Origin: Bacillus subtilis subsp. subtilis str. 168
GTDB lineage: Bacteria; Bacillota; Bacilli; Bacillales; Bacillaceae
Direction of reading: 5' to 3'
Assembly: GCF_000009045.1 (NCBI RefSeq)
Contig: NC_000964.3
Location: 3,660,001 to 3,692,000 of the forward strand
Length of the DNA: 32,000 bases
The notes beneath the pieces are model-generated. The model had not been told where the DNA came from, ran no database searches, and was given only the letters and a program-made list of their open reading frames with translations. The translations under genes were made by a program, and so were the position numbers. Positions 1-7,208 of the stretch are shown piece after piece (position 1 is the first letter of the stretch; each line of letters opens with the position of its first letter).

Positions 1-609
1 AACAACGGTACTCGAAATTCCCTTATCTTTTATCACAGACGTAGTCGCACTATTTATAGATGTTTTATTTGTAAAAAGAATTGGATACCCGTTTTTCGCT
101 GCATAAGGGATGACGGCCGGAGCGTCTGCATATAAGAAGCCGTTCAAAATAACAGCTTTTGAAGTCGCACCCATCGCTTTTGCCACCCGTGCAGCCGTAT
201 CATAACGGTTGCTTCCTGCAATTCGTTTAATACTTATCCCCAAGCTTTTAATCTGGTTAGCAGTGTTAGAAGAAACAGCAGGTGTTCCGCCTACAATAAT
301 TACATTTTTAGTCTGCATCTCTTTCAATCTTGTTTTCGTTTCATATGAAAGCTTATCAGAATTAGTGTAAAGCAATGGCGCATTCTTCTGGTAAGCAAGA
401 GGTGCTGCTGAAATAGCATCTGCATAGGAACTCCCACCAACAATTACAGCTGTACTTGCTGTTGAATACATTTGCTTTGATATTTGTACAGCAGTGCCGT
501 ATCTATTGCTTCCCCCAACTCTTTTCACTGAGTTATCGGCCAAAGCTGTTGGCACAAAAAGTATGAGCCCCAGAAAACACATTGTTAGGACTTTTATATA
601 AGAACGCAA
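1..609 (-). CDS. lytC: N-acetylmuramoyl-L-alanine amidase LytC, N-terminal part (gene runs off the left edge); signal peptide plus cell-wall-binding repeats; TTG start
   Basis: The complement of 607-609 is TTG, preceded by AAGGAGGAAATCAA. It reads (M)RSYIKVLTMCFLGLILFVPTALA..., followed by CW_binding_2-type repeats of the kind also seen in LytB. Confidence 0.93.
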   Translation of the reverse strand, partial: MRSYIKVLTMCFLGLILFVPTALADNSVKRVGGSNRYGTAVQISKQMYSTASTAVIVGGSSYADAISAAPLAYQKNAPLLYTNSDKLSYETKTRLKEMQTKNVIIVGGTPAVSSNTANQIKSLGISIKRIAGSNRYDTAARVAKAMGATSKAVILNGFLYADAPAVIPYAAKNGYPILFTNKTSINSATTSVIKDKGISSTVV

Positions 610-647
610 TTGATTTCCTCCTTAAATGGCGTTATATCCTAAAATAA

Positions 648-2765
648 TCAATAACTTGTCAGAGTTGTACCTGGATAGTAAAATTTCAAAATTGAACTAT
701 ATGAATCTCCAGCTTCTGCTCTTGCTTTTGCTCCATATTGACTCATTCCGATCCCGTGACCATATCCTTTACCGCTGATTGTGTACTTTGAAGTATCTTT
801 TTTTACAGTCACATAAGTACTTTTAAATACAGTCGCTCCAATCATTGTTCTTAACTCACTTGTTGGTACACTAATGGTTGTAATTTTGCTCAAGTTATAG
901 GAGCCAGTACTGCTTTTAACAAAATACTTCACTTTCATCGATGCTGTTTTTGCACGCTGCCCTTGTGTCGTTCCACTAAAGCTTAAATCGTCAATACTTG
1001 CAATTTTGACAGAATCAGCGCTTGTTTCTTTATTTTTCAAGATCCAGTTCTTAACTCCGGAAAGTCTTGCAGAATCAGTTTCAGTCGCTGAAGACCACCA
1101 AGAAGAAGGCTTCGTTAAGTCCAAAGATTTCGTATCTAGCTGTTGTTTTGACAAAGTAAGCGTCCAGCCTATTTGAGGATCCTTTGTATCTTTTTTTGCA
1201 ATCAAGTAAGGTACACTTGACGACCACACTTCATTACTAGCTTCTGTGTAACCACCATTACTGGAAGAATAAGCTGCAGTTATAAGAGATCCATTATATT
1301 TCAGAACTTTCCCCTTCGTTTGCTCTACCGCTTTATTGGTATTCGAATTCCAACTGTAGCCACCATAAACTTGAAAAGCGGTTGTATCAGGTACAGTAGT
1401 TCCTGTTTTTGTTATTGAGTAGGTTCTTGCAGCGACAGTCTGTGCTTTAAGAGCCTCAAGTGACCAGCTAGCAGGCATTTCATTCGGAATTACTCCTTTT
1501 AAGTAATCCTCAAATGGAATATTCTCATTTACCGGTCGGATATATTTAGTAGACTCAATAGAGAAATTAACCGTGCCAAGATACTGCTTTCCATCAAGAC
1601 TAATTCTGTTTGAAGTAGAATAGTTTTCTGGTTTAATTCTTAGGGAGTTTCCGTAAGTTTTGATGTTTTCAAGGTTTAATTTTCCGCTGTTGATTTTTAG
1701 ATTATAGGTGCCACCGTCAGCTAAATAAAATTCATCAGCAAGTGAATTCTCAACTTCAGCAGAAATTGAACTGGTACTTCCAATAAAGTCGTATGCATAT
1801 GTGGCTTTATCTTTCGTTATACTTTTAGCCGCAGCCGGAACGCTATCTTGTTTAACAAATAAAATTTGGCTGTTTTTCTTCGAGGCAAGCGAAGCGCCTA
1901 TCAATACGTCTGCATATTTTGTCCCGTTCGTCATTACGACTTTATCAGCCTTCAACTTTAGTTGCTTAATTATATTTGCCGTAAGTTCATATCTGGTTGA
2001 TCCAGGAATCCTTTGCACAGTTGAAGTTTTTTTAATTTGGTTTTCTACACTATCACTGACGCTAAATGAACTGCCTATAATGATGACTTGTTTTGGCAAA
2101 TCATAATCCGGAAGCTTGTCTTTCTCTGTAAGCAAAATAGGGTATCCGTGTGCTGCTGCATATGGAGCAATGGCTAAAGCGTCTTGAAATACTCTTCCGG
2201 TTACAACGATCGCTTTATCATAGCTGCCCATTTGCTTTGCAATATTTTCTGATAAGACATATCTATTTTTTCCGCTTATCCTTTTCACAGCGCCATATGA
2301 TTTCAGCTTGTTTTCTACGTCTTTTGAAATGCTTCGCGCTCCCCCAATGATTAAAATATTATCAGGGTTAAACTTAGCAATTTGTCTTTCAGTAGTTTTT
2401 GTTAACGTGTCAGGCTGAGTAAATAAAACTGGTGCGTTCAGTTTTTTCGCCAATGGAATAACAGGCAATGCATCAATAAAAATATCTCGGTTCACCAATA
2501 TCACTGTATTAGGATTTTTCCACTGGCTGTTGGATGCAAGAGTCGCAGTTTCGTATCGTGAAGCGCCTGCAAAACGATCCGTAACAGCAACATTATCTCC
2601 AGTTACTTTATAAAATCCTGTTGGCGATAGACTGATGCTAGATTTATTTCCAATATAATTTAACAATTTAACTGAGATGTTTGAGTCTGCTGCAAAAGAA
2701 ACTGATGGAATCAATAATAAGATTGCAGCAAGTGAACACACTATCAATTGTTTGCAAGATTTCAA
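648..2765 (-). CDS. lytB: Amidase enhancer/modifier LytB (CwbA): three N-terminal cell-wall-binding repeats plus a SpoIID/LytB domain
   Basis: 705 aa ORF with signal peptide, repeated 'RxxGxxRYxxxxxIA' binding motifs and C-terminal SpoIID-like 'YLKGVIPNEMPASWSLEALKAQTVAARTY ... GYGHGIGMSQYGA'. Confidence 0.96.
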   Translation of the reverse strand: MKSCKQLIVCSLAAILLLIPSVSFAADSNISVKLLNYIGNKSSISLSPTGFYKVTGDNVAVTDRFAGASRYETATLASNSQWKNPNTVILVNRDIFIDALPVIPLAKKLNAPVLFTQPDTLTKTTERQIAKFNPDNILIIGGARSISKDVENKLKSYGAVKRISGKNRYVLSENIAKQMGSYDKAIVVTGRVFQDALAIAPYAAAHGYPILLTEKDKLPDYDLPKQVIIIGSSFSVSDSVENQIKKTSTVQRIPGSTRYELTANIIKQLKLKADKVVMTNGTKYADVLIGASLASKKNSQILFVKQDSVPAAAKSITKDKATYAYDFIGSTSSISAEVENSLADEFYLADGGTYNLKINSGKLNLENIKTYGNSLRIKPENYSTSNRISLDGKQYLGTVNFSIESTKYIRPVNENIPFEDYLKGVIPNEMPASWSLEALKAQTVAARTYSITKTGTTVPDTTAFQVYGGYSWNSNTNKAVEQTKGKVLKYNGSLITAAYSSSNGGYTEASNEVWSSSVPYLIAKKDTKDPQIGWTLTLSKQQLDTKSLDLTKPSSWWSSATETDSARLSGVKNWILKNKETSADSVKIASIDDLSFSGTTQGQRAKTASMKVKYFVKSSTGSYNLSKITTISVPTSELRTMIGATVFKSTYVTVKKDTSKYTISGKGYGHGIGMSQYGAKARAEAGDSYSSILKFYYPGTTLTSY

Positions 2766-2788
2766 AATTTCAGGTTCCTCCCTATATC

Positions 2789-3097
2789 TTAGTTGGCACG
2801 TTCAATATCTTTTAACAGAAGCTGACCCTCATCATTTTTTTCATATGTAATCGTGACCTTATCTCCACTGTTAAACTTATCAAGATCACTTGTCGATTCT
2901 TCAGTGATATCAAGACTAACCGGCTCATTATCTACTGTTACTTCTATTGTATGAGTATCAGCTAACCCTACATAAGTACCTTCTTTTGTTTCAATGTTAC
3001 TGTCTGGCGATACATCTTCACCTTGACTCTTTTGACTATTAACCCCGCAACCCGAAAGAAGCAATATAAAGAACAGTAAAGCAATAAATTTTTTCAT
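2789..3097 (-). CDS. lytA: Small lipoprotein LytA, 102 aa from internal ATG (MKKFIALLFFILLLSGCG)
   Basis: Lipobox LLSGC. The start at 3097 is preferred over the ORF-track start at 3127 because GAGGTG lies just upstream. First gene of the lytABC arrangement. Confidence 0.92.
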   Translation of the reverse strand: MKKFIALLFFILLLSGCGVNSQKSQGEDVSPDSNIETKEGTYVGLADTHTIEVTVDNEPVSLDITEESTSDLDKFNSGDKVTITYEKNDEGQLLLKDIERAN

Positions 3098-3117
3098 TTT
3101 TTTCACCTCATTATATT

Positions 3118-3143
3118 TTATCGTCAACCTATTTTATATTTTA
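3118..3143 (-). promoter_or_regulatory. Sigma-D-like promoter for lytABC: TAAA-N14-GACGATAA
   Basis: Complement reads TTTAAAATATAAAATAGGTTGACGATAA, just upstream of the lytA RBS. Same geometry as the lytD candidate (TAAA-N14-GCCGATAA). Confidence 0.6.
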
Positions 3144-3280
3144 AAGAAAAATTAAGAAACAATGAAACTTTTTTTTATAAAAAACGACTATTTTAGGATT
3201 TCATTCTTGTATTAAATAGAGTTGTATTTATTGGAAATTTAACTCATAATGAAAGTAATTTAACAGACGAGGTGCAAAGG

Positions 3281-4201
3281 ATGAGAAACGAACGCAGAAA
3301 AAAGAAAAAAACTTTATTACTGACAATTTTAACGATAATCGGACTTCTTGTACTCGGAACTGGCGGCTATGCATACTACTTATGGCATAAAGCAGCTTCA
3401 ACCGTGGCAAGTATTCATGAAAGCATTGATAAATCTAAAAAGAGGGATAAAGAGGTCAGTATCAATAAAAAAGATCCTTTTTCCGTCTTAATCATGGGTG
3501 TGGATGAACGCGACGGCGATAAGGGCCGTGCCGATACGCTCATTTATATGACCGTTAACCCAAAAACGAATACAACCGACATGGTCAGCATTCCGCGTGA
3601 CACGTATACAAAAATTATCGGAAAAGGCACAATGGATAAAATCAACCATTCATACGCTTTCGGCGGCACACAGATGACGGTAGACACTGTTGAGAACTTC
3701 CTCGATGTTCCGGTTGATTATTTTGTGAAAGTGAACATGGAAAGCTTTAGAGACGTTGTTGATACACTTGGCGGCATTACAGTTAACAGCACATTCGCGT
3801 TCAGTTATGACGGTTATTCGTTCGGCAAAGGAGAAATCACGCTGAACGGAAAAGAAGCGCTCGCTTATACCCGGATGAGAAAAGAAGATCCGAGAGGCGA
3901 CTTCGGACGCCAGGACCGCCAGCGCCAAGTCATCCAAGGTATTATTAATAAAGGCGCTAATATTTCTTCCATCACGAAATTCGGAGATATGTTTAAAGTT
4001 GTTGAAAATAATGTGAAAACGAACTTGACCTTCGATAACATGTGGGATATCCAGTCCGATTACAAAGGTGCGCGGAAACATATTAAACAGCACGAACTAA
4101 AAGGTACAGGCACGAAAATCAATGGAATTTACTACTACCAAGCTGATGAAAGCGCCCTTTCCGATATTACAAAAGAGCTGAAGGAAAGCCTCGAAAAGTA
4201 A
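3281..4201 (+). CDS. lytR: LytR (LytR-CpsA-Psr family), 306 aa
   Basis: LCP signature 'DPFSVLIMGVDERDGDKGRADTLIYMTVNP...VSIPRDTY'. RBS GAGGTG precedes the ATG at 3281 (the track start at 3272 is 3 codons upstream). Confidence 0.96.
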   Translation: MRNERRKKKKTLLLTILTIIGLLVLGTGGYAYYLWHKAASTVASIHESIDKSKKRDKEVSINKKDPFSVLIMGVDERDGDKGRADTLIYMTVNPKTNTTDMVSIPRDTYTKIIGKGTMDKINHSYAFGGTQMTVDTVENFLDVPVDYFVKVNMESFRDVVDTLGGITVNSTFAFSYDGYSFGKGEITLNGKEALAYTRMRKEDPRGDFGRQDRQRQVIQGIINKGANISSITKFGDMFKVVENNVKTNLTFDNMWDIQSDYKGARKHIKQHELKGTGTKINGIYYYQADESALSDITKELKESLEK

Positions 4202-4205
4202 AACA

Positions 4206-4242
4206 AAAAGAAGCTTCGCACAATGTGCAAAGCTTCTTTTTT
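4206..4242. terminator. Bidirectional terminator shared by convergent lytR and mnaA
   Basis: AAAGAAGCTT(CGCACAATGTGCA)AAGCTTCTTT with A/T tracts on both sides. Abuts and overlaps the mnaA stop codon. Confidence 0.85.
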
Positions 4243-5383
4243 ATTTGCCTGTAAATGAATCCGGTTGTTCTTTTCGATACCCGTAATGAAACAGCAATTC
4301 TTCCACAATCCGGCGGGAAGCCTCTCCATCTCCATACGGATTAGAAGCCTGGGACATTTTCTTGTACTCATCAGGATCAGTTAACAGCTGTTTTGCAAGC
4401 TGATAAATGTTTTCCTCATCCGTACCTGCAAGTTTCAGCGTTCCCGCTTCCACTCCTTCAGGCCGTTCCGTCGTATCACGCAGAACAAGAACCGGTTTCC
4501 CGAGAGATGGGGCTTCCTCCTGCACGCCGCCCGAATCGGTCAATATAAAATGCGATTTCGCTGCAAAGTTATGGAAATCGATCACCTCTAAAGGTTCAAT
4601 CAGATGCACTCTGTCAGAATCACCAAAATGCTTATGAGCCGCTTCCCGGACAACAGGATTCAGGTGCACAGGGTAAACGACTTGTACATCTTCAAATTCC
4701 CCTACAATTCTGCGGATGGCCTTAAACATGTTTTCCATTGGCTCACCCAAATTTTCCCGGCGGTGAGCGGTCAAGAGAATCATTTTATCCTCACCCACCT
4801 GATCGAGAACAGGATGTGAGTAACCATCCCTAACCGTTGTGTTGAGTGCGTCAATCGCTGTATTGCCCGTTACAAAAATAGAGTCGGCCTTTTTGTTTTC
4901 TTTTAATAAATTGTCTTTCGCCTGGCCTGTCGGAGCAAAATGCAAATCAGCAATCGCCCCTGTCATCTGTCGATTGAGCTCTTCCGGAAACGGGGAATAC
5001 TTATTCCCTGTACGGAGCCCCGCCTCCACATGACCGACAGCAATTTGATGGTAAAAAGCGGCTAGGCTTCCGGCAAACGTCGTCGTCGTATCACCATGGA
5101 CAAGCACAATATCGGGTTTGATATCTTTAAACAACTCATCCAATCTTACAAGTGCGTTAGACGTAATCTCTGCCAGTGTCTGCCGCTCCTTCATAATGTT
5201 CAAATCGAAGTCAGGCTTGATGTGAAACGCATCTAACACCTGATCGAGCATCTGTCTGTGCTGTGCAGTTACCGTTACATAGGAATCTATTTCAGGATAT
5301 TTTTTCAATTCAAGCACAAGCGGTGCCATCTTGATCGCTTCAGGCCTGGTCCCGAAAACGGTCATCACTTTTAGTTTTTTCAT
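4241..5383 (-). CDS. mnaA: UDP-N-acetylglucosamine 2-epimerase (380 aa)
   Basis: 'MKKLKVMTVFGTRPEAIKMAPLVLEL ... VHGDTTTTFAGSLAAF ... VGHVEAGLRTGN ... DSGGVQEEAPSLGKPVLVLRDTTERPEG'. RBS AGGTGA lies upstream of the ATG at 5383. Confidence 0.95.
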   Translation of the reverse strand: MKKLKVMTVFGTRPEAIKMAPLVLELKKYPEIDSYVTVTAQHRQMLDQVLDAFHIKPDFDLNIMKERQTLAEITSNALVRLDELFKDIKPDIVLVHGDTTTTFAGSLAAFYHQIAVGHVEAGLRTGNKYSPFPEELNRQMTGAIADLHFAPTGQAKDNLLKENKKADSIFVTGNTAIDALNTTVRDGYSHPVLDQVGEDKMILLTAHRRENLGEPMENMFKAIRRIVGEFEDVQVVYPVHLNPVVREAAHKHFGDSDRVHLIEPLEVIDFHNFAAKSHFILTDSGGVQEEAPSLGKPVLVLRDTTERPEGVEAGTLKLAGTDEENIYQLAKQLLTDPDEYKKMSQASNPYGDGEASRRIVEELLFHYGYRKEQPDSFTGK

Positions 5384-5548
5384 ATTTGTCACCTGGTTTT
5401 CTGCTATAGTAAATAAATTCATACTACATATTCTACATGAAAATGCATCATTTTAAATCATTTCATTCTTGATTCAAATAAAATGATATAAGTTTTAATA
5501 TTAAGGATAAAGCTTGTTTAAAAATGGTTTATCCGATATCATAAAAAT

Positions 5549-5574
5549 GTGTAAAAACATATTGAAAAGGGTAA
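5549..5574 (+). promoter_or_regulatory. Sigma-B-like general stress promoter of gtaB: GTGTAA-N14-GGGTAA
   Basis: Direct match close to the sigma-B consensus GTTTAA-N12-15-GGGTAT, about 55 bp upstream of the gtaB start. Confidence 0.65.
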
Positions 5575-5628
5575 ATAGAGAATAGTTTAACCATAAATTT
5601 TTTCGATCATAAGGAAGGTGCCTTTTAA

Positions 5629-6507
5629 ATGAAAAAAGTACGTAAAGCCATAATTCCAGCAGCAGGCTTAGGAACACGTTTTCTTCCGGCTACGAAAGCA
5701 ATGCCGAAAGAAATGCTTCCTATCGTTGATAAACCTACCATTCAATACATAATTGAAGAAGCTGTTGAAGCCGGTATTGAAGATATTATTATCGTAACAG
5801 GAAAAAGCAAGCGTGCGATTGAGGATCATTTTGATTACTCTCCTGAGCTTGAAAGAAACCTAGAAGAAAAAGGAAAAACTGAGCTGCTTGAAAAAGTGAA
5901 AAAGGCTTCTAACCTGGCTGACATTCACTATATCCGCCAAAAAGAACCTAAAGGTCTCGGACATGCTGTCTGGTGCGCACGCAACTTTATCGGCGATGAG
6001 CCGTTTGCGGTACTGCTTGGTGACGATATTGTTCAGGCTGAAACTCCAGGGTTGCGCCAATTAATGGATGAATATGAAAAAACACTTTCTTCTATTATCG
6101 GTGTTCAGCAGGTGCCCGAAGAAGAAACACACCGCTACGGCATTATTGACCCGCTGACAAGTGAAGGCCGCCGTTATCAGGTGAAAAACTTCGTTGAAAA
6201 ACCGCCTAAAGGCACAGCACCTTCTAATCTTGCCATCTTAGGCCGTTACGTATTCACGCCTGAGATCTTCATGTATTTAGAAGAGCAGCAGGTTGGCGCC
6301 GGCGGAGAAATTCAGCTCACAGACGCCATTCAAAAGCTGAATGAAATTCAAAGAGTGTTTGCTTACGATTTTGAAGGCAAGCGTTATGATGTTGGTGAAA
6401 AGCTCGGCTTTATCACAACAACTCTTGAATTTGCGATGCAGGATAAAGAGCTTCGCGATCAGCTCGTTCCATTTATGGAAGGTTTACTAAACAAAGAAGA
6501 AATCTAA
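5629..6507 (+). CDS. gtaB: UTP-glucose-1-phosphate uridylyltransferase (292 aa)
   Basis: '[49 protein letters not shown]', a classic GalU/GtaB N-terminus. RBS AAGGAAGG. Confidence 0.97.
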   Translation: MKKVRKAIIPAAGLGTRFLPATKAMPKEMLPIVDKPTIQYIIEEAVEAGIEDIIIVTGKSKRAIEDHFDYSPELERNLEEKGKTELLEKVKKASNLADIHYIRQKEPKGLGHAVWCARNFIGDEPFAVLLGDDIVQAETPGLRQLMDEYEKTLSSIIGVQQVPEEETHRYGIIDPLTSEGRRYQVKNFVEKPPKGTAPSNLAILGRYVFTPEIFMYLEEQQVGAGGEIQLTDAIQKLNEIQRVFAYDFEGKRYDVGEKLGFITTTLEFAMQDKELRDQLVPFMEGLLNKEEI

Positions 6508-6510
6508 ACA

Positions 6511-6547
6511 AAAAGGCTATTGGACATTCATCCAATAGCCTTTTTTT
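6511..6547. terminator. gtaB terminator (duplicate of the yvzE/tagH terminator at 13529)
   Basis: AAAAGGCTATTGGA-CATTCA-TCCAATAGCCTTTTTTT, perfect 14-bp stem. Confidence 0.92.
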
Positions 6548-6603
6548 ATTTCAACATCAAAGTCAATGTATGCTCTTCATTATCAACTGCGAAGACCTGA
6601 TCA
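6545..6603 (-). pseudogene. Fragment of the tagH 3' end
   Basis: 'atttcaacatcaaagtcaatgtatgctcttcattatcaactgcgaagacctgatca' aligns without gaps to the tagH 3' end at 13563-13621. Confidence 0.88.
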
Positions 6604-7143
6604 ACGGCCTGCCGCAAAAATTAATAATCCCAGACAAACACACTGATTGTAGAGTTAAACAAACTAAATGAAAACATAAATACAAACATGCAGATTAAAT
6701 AGTAAATATCTTGTATTCAATGCAAGCTAAGTAAACACCACTTGCTAAAAGAACAATGACTAAACAACCAGCATTACAAAATAATTAAATAAATTTGAAG
6801 CAATTACAACAGAAGGCAGTGAACTGTCGGAAAGTTCATTTTGGCTACCATATTAATCCCTTTAACTACGCTGTTGGATTTATCAAGAATTGTCGGGCTA
6901 ATAGAAAACCACGGAATCAAACCAGCCAGCATTCAAACGATAAAAGGCACTTCTCCGATACCTGTTATGACCAGCTTACTGTTGCGCATCCCAAATACAA
7001 ACCAGTACGCCATCATTAGAATAAGGGGATTTAAAACCTGCCATAATACACCAAAATAATTGATTTTTTGGATCTTTCGGTTAAAGAAATTTAAAAGTAC
7101 CAGTGAATATTGTAACAAATGTTGAGTTTTTTTCACTTTTAAA
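6604..7143 (-). pseudogene. Degenerate tagG (WTA ABC-transporter permease) plus part of its upstream leader
   Basis: Collinear nucleotide similarity to 15432-16100. Residual peptide '[25 protein letters not shown]...TGIGEVPFI' versus TagG '[25 protein letters not shown]...TGAGEVPFI', with frameshifts and deletions. Confidence 0.9.
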
Positions 7144-7150
7144 AAGTAAA

Positions 7151-7172
7151 GAGAAGTCTCGCAGAACTTCTC
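7151..7172 (-). terminator. Probable ggaB terminator
   Basis: Hairpin GAGAAGT-8nt-ACTTCTC immediately downstream of the ggaB stop, followed on the minus strand by an imperfect T-rich stretch. Confidence 0.55.
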
Positions 7173-7208
7173 CCAACATTTGAAGTGTCAATATAAAACA
7201 AACCAACC

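Larger units (their letters stand above)
5941..6603 (+). repeat. Left copy of a ~663 bp direct repeat (gtaB 3' part + terminator + tagH 3' end)
   Basis: Gapless correspondence to 12959-13621 at a constant offset of 7018 bp. Confidence 0.92.

Noticed and set aside
1801-2106. 101-aa plus-strand ORF inside lytB (and 2150-2350)
   Set aside because: Antisense to the strongly supported lytB reading frame, no RBS, low-complexity translation. Shadow ORFs.
3144-3280. Sigma-A promoters in the divergent lytA/lytR region
   Set aside because: Region is very AT-rich with several half-matches at wrong spacing; no pair is convincing enough to list.
4407-5033. Three plus-strand ORFs (76, 71, 64 aa) overlapping mnaA
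   Set aside because: Complementary-strand shadow ORFs of mnaA with no homology signature or RBS.
6795-7059. Overlapping 74-aa and 72-aa plus-strand ORFs upstream of ggaB
   Set aside because: They are antisense readings of the tagG pseudogene; the minus strand carries the recognisable TagG peptide.
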